Shown piece after piece: positions 11,601 through 20,176 of a stretch of DNA of 20,176 nucleotides. Where the stretch lies: contig JAWQFM010000011.1 of assembly GCA_033442325.1 (NCBI GenBank), forward strand, positions 1,469,680-1,489,855, in the 5' to 3' direction. Numbering within the stretch: the stretch's first letter is position 1; each line of letters opens with the position of its first letter. The translations under genes and the position numbers were made by a program. The notes below the pieces were generated by a model. The model was not told the origin of the DNA. It worked only from the letters and a program-made list of their open reading frames with translations, and searched no databases. The stretch is from Salpingoeca rosetta. Taxonomy: Eukaryota; Protista; Choanoflagellata.

Positions 11601-14600
11601 GGTGATTGCATTGCACCTGCGCAGTTGTTGGATCTCCAGCGTCGCCTGCAAGGGCGGATTGCGCGCGAAATCGTCAAGCCAGATCGCGTGGTCGTCCTTG
11701 AGGACGTCCTGTCCATTGTCTCGAAGTCATTTCAGGTAAAACAGTGTGGGTTGTGACGAACGTGTAGGCTGACCTGTTGTAGGGCAGCAGAAACGCGGTG
11801 AAAGAAGGGACATGGCTGGGGCTAGACAACATAACCAACGCTGCTGCAGGACCTTGGGTTGGAGGCGCTGATGCTGGCGCCCATTCAGCGACTGCCACGC
11901 TACCAGCTGCTCCTCGAGTCACTGCTCACGGCCACGCCGCAGACAGACCCATCCTATCTCATCGTCAAAGGTATCGCCCAGTACACCTGCTTGCACTGCG
12001 ACCGCTTGCCGGCGCCAGAACGTGCGCATTCTCGGCGTATTCTCAACGCTTGGGACCCACGAAAACTGTTGCTTGCGCCAATGCCTCGTTGCAGATGTGG
12101 TTGAGCAAGTGTCACAGGTGAACTGTCACGTCAACACAGCGCTGCGTCGGCAAGACAGCCGTCTCAAGGTGAACAGTCGCACGTGGCTAGCTGTATGTCT
12201 CCCTGCTACAAAGTTGCGTGCTGTCTCATGACACCACTTCACGCATTCTGAGGCACGCACGCTCATAATCGTGTTTGTGATGGGTGATTGCATTGCACCT
12301 GCGCAGTTGTTGGATCTCCAGCGTCGCCTGCAAGGGCGGATTGCGCGCGAAATCGTCAAGCCAGATCGCGTGGTCGTCCTTGAGGACGTCCTGTCCATTG
12401 TCTCGAAGTCATTTCAGGTAAAACAGTGTGGGTTGTGACGAACGTGTAGGCTGACCTGTTGTAGGGCAGCAGAAACGCGGTGAAAGAAGGGACATGGCGT
12501 GGTTTCACAATGTTAGTAAGCGTTCGCTCACAAGTTTGCGTGCACCTGCGACACAATGTGTTCGTATGTGCTTGTGTGTTTTGTGTGCGACTGTGCGTGG
12601 TTGTGCATGATGCTCGTCTGTGTGTGCGTGTGTGCGTGCGTGATGCAGACAAAGCACATCCGCGTCATCCTCCTGTCTGATATGTTGCTGCTTGCAAAGC
12701 CCTCAAGACTCACAGGCGGCACCGCCAACAAGTAAGCTGTTCCCTTGTAGATTAAAGTGGAAGAGGGGGAGAAGGCAGGATGTTTAACAATTGGCCACGC
12801 TGATATGATGTAATGATTGGCTCATAGTTTCCTGCGATGGGCGGTACCTCACGTTTGCACGATGTTCAGATCGCTGGCTTGCACACACGAGTTTGTGCTT
12901 GCCGAGTGCCAGATGGTGGTTGCGAAGCTGCCGCTGAACAGGAAGAGCCGGGAGCGAAACCGCCTGTGCTTTCAGGTACGTGTTTGTGCGCGTGCACGTG
13001 CGTGTGTGTGTGTGTGTGTGCGTTAACCCAAGTGAACATAATTGCGCAAGTGCTCAGGTGGGCATCGCTCTGGCGTGAAATACAATAAAGTAAACGATGA
13101 CACTCATTTGTCTGGATCGCGGTGTTCTGTTTGCACTCATATCCAGGTCTCGAATGGCACGACGCGAGCGGTCCTAACAGGAGGTGACAACATCGTGGCT
13201 GACCGCTGGATCAAACTGCTTCAAGAACATATCGAGTGAGTTAATGACGAGGAGGCGAGCCGGTCAGCTGCAACTCATTTGTCTTCTGTTGCTGCTGTGC
13301 GCTGACATGACGTAGTGATTCTTATGGCTGCACTCACATCTTGTTCTCGCGTGTTTTCGTTGAGCAGGACCCAGCGACACAACAGACAGTCTTTCAACGT
13401 GGAATCAGATGGCACAGCTGTCATTGAACGTATCTCTCGCGCTCAGTCAAGGCACGTCACAACGCCATCCTTTGGAGCATACGTGTTCTTGTGTGTGTGT
13501 GTGTGTGTGTGTGTGTTTACGTGTGTAATGTCGGATGCAGCGCCATCTGTACGATTGGTGCCTGAATTGTCCACCTCTCCTCTGACGCACGCACACACAC
13601 GCACGCGCGCGATTGACTAACTGAACCGTATCCACAACATCGCCATCACCGACAACTTTTTCCTCCCCTCCTCCCTCCCCCCCCCCAAACGCTCACCTAC
13701 CTCACGCAGGCGATCGTCGTTGGCCGCAGAAAGACGGAGGAGCAGTTCACGCGCCGGGAACACGAGCAGCGGATCTGAGAGGGAACACACCAGCACCACC
13801 ACCTCCCCCCAGCCGCTGCAGCCGCCGCAGACGCCATTCACTATCGCCTTTGACAACTGTAACCGCCGGAGCGTTCGCAAGCGAGCGATGCGCTTCCCCA
13901 GCTGGTACCAGGGAAAGGGTGGTGGTGGTGGTGGTGACGGTGACGGTGACGATGAGTACGATTTGGATGTGCGTGATCTGTACTGGCCCGAGTTTCAAGG
14001 GCCGTACGCTGACGGAAGGCAGTCGTCAGCCACAACACCGAGCACAGACGCGAGTGGAGGTTTCTCGCCGACTGGGCCAGCACACACGGGAGCTGTTAGC
14101 CCCGTTGCGTTCGGCAGAGGCCATGTATGTGACGCTGCATTGGAGTGCACGCAAACCACGGCCTCTCCCATTCACACATCGGCCACAGACACGACTGGCA
14201 GCGCGTACAGCACCGGCAACACACCAGCCAATGAAGCAGCTGCGCCAATGGCGCCCGCTGGGAGTGATCACTGCAGGCAAACGAACTCACAGCAACAACC
14301 CGAACAAGGAAGCATGGCCCTTGGGAAGCATGGACAAGGATACGAGACAGGGCAGCAGCAGCCACAGCAACATCAACAACGGCAGCAACAACAGCAGCCA
14401 GCATGTGCGTGGACCAGGTCCTCCACGACACTCATTCGCACGACATCTGGTGGTGCAGCGCAGAGGGTGTCGGCAGTACGATTTCGTCGTCGCTCGCACA
14501 GCCGCGTGTCGCGATTGTGTGGCAACCGTCCCCAGTCGCTGTATACACGAAACGTGCCGTGTGCCCTTTCTTCGCGGCAGCCGCCTGCAGGGAGCGCGTC

Positions 14601-14877
14601 ACCCACGTCTCCACGACAGGCGCAGGTGGACACCAGCGGCAGCTTCACCTGGGACAACATGGGCATGTCGAGCGTGAGCCAACACCAACAAGGGCCGACG
14701 TGTTCCTACGATGAAGCTGTGCAGCGCAGCCGCGGGGTGCTGTCGGCGTTTGAAGAATGGCAGCTGAAGCGGCGGGAGCTGGAGATGCGACGCAGCAGCC
14801 GCGTGTCTGTCACCAAGACGATGAATCGCTCACGAACGTTGCCCACTGGCTTTGCAGCACGCGCACGCGCCCTTGTC

Positions 14878-14976
<99 letters not shown>

Positions 14977-15612
14977 GGCGAGGAGAGAATCGAGGCAGCC
15001 ACCGCGGTGGACAGTGCGCAAGAGAATGACTTGAACTGCGAGTTACCCAGTGCGCAGGAAGCGTCAGCAGACATGGCCTCCACTGCGCAGTCCAGCATCG
15101 AAGATGATGGCGATGGTGATGGTGTCTCGAGGGTCGTGGGAAGTGATGACAGTCCGATGCATGCAAGCGCAAGCGCGCACGACGACCACGATGGTGATGA
15201 TGAAGATGATGTCCCCTGTCGCCTGAGCGGTGATGGGGAATTCAGAGAGGTGGCTGTCGAGGGTGAGGAGAAGGGGGATGCTGCTGAGGCAGGCGGAGGG
15301 GTGGAAGCGGAGTACGACAAGCTGCTCAGCGGATATGGCCGTATCCTCGACGTGTATGCAGAACTGATTGCTCGGCGACAGCGGCAAGAGGAAGCGGGTG
15401 CGCAGCTGAAGCAAGAGTCGGGACCACAGCGAAATGTTGAGGGACAAGGAGAGTCCGGTGGACAGGAGCAGCATGAGGAAAAGAAGCTGGAAGCAAACAT
15501 GGAGCGAGCTAGTGCCAGCGTTCCTGTGCATGCCACAACTACGGCCACTAACTCGTCCAGAGGAGGGGAGCGTGCAGGCCGCCCCCGCCACCAGAGATGT
15601 ACGCTCATGTAA
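8615..15612 (+). CDS. Dbl-family Rho guanine nucleotide exchange factor (DH-PH), ARHGEF39-like, with long disordered poly-Q C-terminal tail
   Basis: Exons 8615-8701, 9092-9269, 9429-9486, 9632-9770, 9946-9991, 10148-10212, 10397-10436, 10589-10647, 10855-10929, 11168-11288, 11413-11486, 11625-11735, [duplicate set 11850-11970, 12095-12168, 12307-12417], 12649-12731, 12870-12975, 13147-13235, 13368-13451, 13710-15612. DH motifs EILETEEAYVQGL, PFLKVYSLY and LAPIQRLPRYQLLLESLL. PH motifs ILLSDMLLLAKP and DRWIKLLQEHI. The first three exons are less certain. Confidence 0.9.
11151..12498. repeat. 666-bp direct tandem duplication (11151-11816 and 11833-12498) with 16-bp spacer
   Basis: Both copies start aaccaacgctgctgcaggacc and end aaagaagggacatggc (offset 682). 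ORF pairs are identical (11340/12022, 11444/12126). No mismatches seen by eye. Confidence 0.97.
14881..14976 (+). repeat. (CAA)32 coding microsatellite, poly-Gln
   Basis: Perfect caa run in frame in the last RhoGEF exon. Confidence 0.95.
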
Positions 15613-15832
15613 TGTATGTGACACGAACGACTCATTGACTTGAACTGAATGCGCACACCAAAGCAGTCGCTCACGACATGTACACAAACAAGAAGTAAAC
15701 GGCAGACATGCAGATAGAGATGCAACAGACGAATTGGGGGGGGGGGGGGTTCGGAAATTCTGTGGGCAGTGACAAAAACACAAACTTTGTTTTGTTGTTT
15801 GCTGGCAAAAAACAGGACAGCAACAAACAAAG

Positions 15833-17256
15833 ATGAGCAGGTTCGCTGTGTTGTTTGTGGTTGTGATGGTGGCTGTGAGCAGCGTGCTCTCTTGTGTGGA
15901 GGGAGGAGAGGGTAAGGAAGGTGCAGGGAGTGCTGTCGCTGTAGATGCCGATGCTGCAGCTGCTGTAGACGCAGCGTCATCTCTTGAAGCACTCATCTCC
16001 AAGTTCGAGGGACTTCCAGCAGACCAAGGCATTTCATTTCACTCCCTCAAACGTTGGACATGTGTGTGTGTGTGTGTTGTGTGTTGTGTGTGTGTGTGTT
16101 GTGTGTGTGTTGTGTGTGTGTGTTGTGTGTGTGTGTGTGTGTTGTGTTGTGTGTGTGTGTGTTTGGAAGCGCTTACACCAAGGCGTCTAGACTTTGGACA
16201 AGGCCTCACTCCTCACCTTCTCTATCGTTCCACGCACAACAACAGCAGCTGCAGTGTCCACTGACAGTGAAGGCCTCTCGGAACCAATCGAGGTGTGATT
16301 CAACCGTCGAGCGTGTGTGTGTATGTGCATGTGTATGTATGTGTTGTGTTGCTGCTGTTGCTGCTACCACTACTTGTTCCTACGTCTGGCACTGCTGACG
16401 ACACCCACCTGTTGGGCGCATGTGTAGGTGACAGAGCAGGATTGGGAGGAATCCAATCCAATCAGGATAAAGGCGCGCGTGATTCGCGGCCCCGCTTGGA
16501 AGTGGGGCGACGCTGATGGCGGTGCCGGTAGTCTAGGCACAGTTCTTGGACCCGCCCGTGCCACCAACTGGTGGCGTGTGAAGTGGGACAAGTGAGTACG
16601 GTCGGAGGAGGGAGAGATGGAGAGATGTAGAAGAAGAGGGCGGACAATGTGCGTGTGTGTGTATGTGTGTGTGTGTACGTGTGTGTGTATGTGTGTATGT
16701 GTGTATGTGTGTACGTGTGTGCGTGTGTGTGTGTGTGACCTTGTGTGTGTGTGACCTTGTACGTGTGTGCTTGTGCGCGGGATGAGACCCTTTGCGCTCG
16801 TGTGTCCGTGTGTCCATTCGTCGACCATTCATCCACATACTCACCAACAGCATCACTGATACCTTGCTTCACGTATCATGCCCTGCCTTGGCCCTGTCGT
16901 CAGCGGCCATGAGAACGCATATCGGTACGGAAACGGCGTGCACGACCTAATCGTGCTCAAGTACACAACCATGGACGGCGTCACCATCTTCGGCACGCCC
17001 TCGCGCGTCAAATGGACGCCCAATCCGTCCAAGCCCTTTGCCGAGCAGGTTCGACGGACGATCGAACTGCGGGCTGTTGTTTGTGGTGGTGACTGTGAAC
17101 AAAGTCGAAGAGGCTGCAATAACATTGGTGATGATGATGTGGAAGCTGTGGTTGCTGGCGTTGTAGTATTGTTGTGCTCGTTATCGTACTCATTGCTCAA
17201 GCTCTCGTGTACTGGCCACCGCACCTGTCCTGTGGTGTGTGCATGCGTGCATGTGT

Positions 17257-17300
<44 letters not shown>

Positions 17301-19935
17301 CACCACGTGCCACGGCATCGTCATCACAGGTGGCGAAACTCGATGAGCCCTTGATTCTCCTGAACACCAGCGCATCTCTCTGGCCGGCAATGCACGAATG
17401 GACACCGCAGAAGTTTGCAGACGCACACGGCGACATGGTGCTCTCTCGCGTCAAGGTCACGCCCAGGCGCAAGAAAGGTGCTTGTGGTTGGTGTGCGTGT
17501 GTCTCTGTGTCTCTGTGTATGTGTGTGTATGTGGATGTGCGTGTGCGTGGATGTGTTGTGTGCGTGCTGGGTATGTTTGGTCCTTGCGCATGCTGGTGTT
17601 CCCCATCTCTTTGCCATCTGGTCGTGGACAGTAGTGCGTTGATGTCCGCCTCCCTCCCATCATCGTGTCGAGCTCACACCTTGCAATGTTCCAACACCGC
17701 CACGCAAATACGATACGGCGACATTAGGCAGCACGCCCTTTTTCTATTACCACAATGCGCCCATGAACTCCTCCGACGCAGACGTCGCTGCATACAAGCG
17801 GCGTGCATACACCGTCACAAACATGACACTCCGTGAGCTGATCCACAACATCTCCGCACCGCACCAACCAGGGTTTGTTGAGAACCACGCGTACGTATGG
17901 CGACAATCATGTTTGGGATGCTGTGTTGTTTAGGTTCTTATTGGTTGTTGTTGTTGTTTAAGTTGTTGAAGTTGTTGTTGTTGTTTAAGTTATTGTTGTT
18001 GTTGTTGCATGGCCGATGATCAAGGGCTCTTGTTTGGGCCTCGTCAAGCTTGCATATGATGCGTTGAGTTGCTACGGTTTTCCGAGCTCATGCACCACGC
18101 ACATTCGTACTCCCATCTACATTCGTGCGTCACACCATACCACAACGTCAGCCAACCCACGGCCGTGTACGCTGGGAAGTTGGATGACTTTGGCGTCGAT
18201 TTCCTCTCTCAAGTGCTTCCATTGGATCCATTCATGGTGATTCAGCCAGGTGCGTATGCGCATATATGCGCTTGTGTGCGCGCGCGTCCGTGCGTGCGTG
18301 TGTAAGTGCGTGCGTGTGTGTCTGTGCGTGAATGTGCTGCAACCTCGTGAATGTTACGTGAGTGGTTTTGCGTATGCTCAAAGCACGCCCCGACATCACT
18401 GTCTCTGTCACCTTTGCGTCACTGCAACTCATGCGTGTCCCCTCATTGTTGTTGTGTGTTGCGTTAACAAAGGGTTTGAACCGGAAAAGGAGCACCTGTT
18501 TCGACAAACACACATTTGGATCGGGGGTGAGATGCAACGTTGTCTGTTGCGTGACCGACAAATACGCTTTAATCAAAGCATGCTCGTTTTGCGCACACAG
18601 GCATGGTACACACACACATCATCATCGCACATGCTACTACATACAAACACACACGCATCACACGCACGCACGCACGCACTCACGCACACACTCTCTCTCA
18701 CTCACGCACACACACACTCTCACTCACGCACACACACTCTCACTCACGCACACACACTCTCTCTCTCTCACGCACTTACACATACACTCACGTACGCACA
18801 CACACACACACACATTCGCGCGCGCACACCTGCATGAGTGCAGGCGAGCAAACGTCGACTCCTGCGCATTTTGATTTGTTTCACAACTTCTACGTGCAAA
18901 TCTATGGGCGAAAGCGAGTGCTTCTGTTTCCGCCGGCGCAGTGGCAGCAGCTGTACATCTTCCCCCTTCTCCATCCCGCGGGGCGAAGCGTGCAGGTGAG
19001 TGCCAGTGTGCGTGTGTGTTTGTGTGTTTGTGTGTTTGTGTGTTTGTGTGTGTGTGTGTGTGTGCATGCGTGTGTGTATGTGTGTGTGCGTATGAATGTG
19101 TGTACATGCGTATGAATGTGTGTGGGTGTGCGTGTGTGGCATGCCTATGTATCGTGTTTCCTGTTCGTCTCATCCTTCACCTTTCTCCCTCGGTACGCCG
19201 TTGCTCCTTCACCGACAACGACGATGGCTCTCATTCGCCGGTACAGGTTGATCTTGACTCGCCCCTGTTCCAGCAGGAGCACGCGTTTCCAAATTACCAA
19301 AAGCAACACACACTTGCACTTGAGGCTGTGCTTGAACCAGGCCAGGGTGCGTCGTGGATAAACGCGTGTGCACGTGCTTTGCGCCGTGACTGCTTTGGTG
19401 CACATGCATGCCCAGAGCTTGCATTCACCTTTGCAGTATGTGTATATGTGTGTTGGCATGTGTGTGAGAATCTTTTCGCTCACTGCTGACTTTTGTCTTT
19501 GGACATTACCACCCCCCCCCCCCAAACTGCCCCGCCACACCAGTGCTGTACATTCCTCCCCTGTGGTTCCACCACATCACGTCGCTGGAGCCTTCCATCT
19601 CTCTCAGCGTATGGACCCCGCACATCGCTATCGAAATTGCAGCAAAGGTGCTGGCAGTGGGTGGCGGTGACTGGTGATGACGGTGATGATGATGGTTGTG
19701 GTGATTACGATCAATGAGGGAGGTGCACGTGGACTGTGTTGTGTTTGTTCGTGCGGAATGCACACGCGTGCTCACGCGGTGACCCACCTGCCCACGTTGT
19801 GCGTGTCTACTCGTTTGTCGCACTTTCCCTTCCTTCTTCAAGGCGTCAGAGGCCGTCCCCCTTCCCATTCTCGTGAAATGGAGCGACAAAGAGAAGCACA
19901 TGGCCCTGCGCATTTTCTTCGAGAGCATCGTGGAG
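15833..19935 (+). CDS. Signal peptide + MIB/HERC2 domain + JmjC (cupin-like, FIH/HIF1AN-like) 2-oxoglutarate/Fe(II) hydroxylase; 3'-partial
   Basis: Exons 15833-~16028, 16249-16292, 16428-16591, 16904-17048, 17330-17477, 17728-17890, 18152-18249, 18473-18526, 18844-18995, 19247-19346, 19544-19647, 19843-19935; no stop within the window. JmjC motifs [53 protein letters not shown] and [17 protein letters not shown] (HxD...H triad). Confidence 0.88.
16061..16163. repeat. (GT)n/(GTT) compound intronic microsatellite
   Basis: Directly visible. Confidence 0.9.
16428..16960 (+). other. MIB/HERC2 domain-coding exons (within gene 4)
   Basis: Spliced translation [31 protein letters not shown]|[19 protein letters not shown] matches the MIB/HERC2 signature RVVRGPDWKWGxQDGGxGxxGTV..VxWDxG..xYRxG..DL. 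The first exon is not in the ORF track in this frame. Confidence 0.9.
18608..18829. repeat. (CA)n/(CT)n compound intronic microsatellite
   Basis: Directly visible in intron 18527-18843. Confidence 0.85.
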
Positions 19936-20027
19936 GTCTGTCCGGCACCGGTTGCACTGGGGGGGGGGGAGGGTTTGTGGAGGTCAAAGCGCATGTATTG
20001 CGATGTTGTGGTGTGCTGCGTGTTGCG

Positions 20028-20176
<149 letters not shown>

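Noticed and set aside
11151-12498. Direct repeats as LTRs or a mobile element
   Set aside because: The repeats consist of host exons and introns, with no TG..CA ends, target-site duplication, or RT/transposase coding sequence.
14706-16032. Long minus-strand ORFs (428 aa and 322 aa)
   Set aside because: Antisense to the low-complexity RhoGEF last exon and gene 4 exon 1, with no motifs; openness is explained by codon bias.

Overview
Intron-rich eukaryotic genomic DNA, not prokaryotic. The (GT)n/(CA)n-filled introns, gtgcgt/gtgtgt/gtacgt donors and poly-Q/poly-G tracts suggest a choanoflagellate such as Salpingoeca rosetta (inference). Manual GT-AG, phase-consistent splicing gives four tandem + strand genes. 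(1) A 5'-partial helical/TPR-like protein ending at 3868, with tentative INTS10-like motifs. (2) A ~793-aa secreted glycoprotein (3906-7975) with a PLC-like phosphodiesterase-type N-terminus. (3) A DH-PH RhoGEF resembling ARHGEF39 (8615-15612), carrying an apparently identical 666-bp internal tandem duplication of three exons. (4) A 3'-partial gene (15833 to beyond 19935) with an unusual signal peptide + MIB/HERC2 + FIH-like JmjC hydroxylase architecture. Most ORFs in the supplied track are microsatellite artefacts. All homology calls come from remembered motifs, not database searches.
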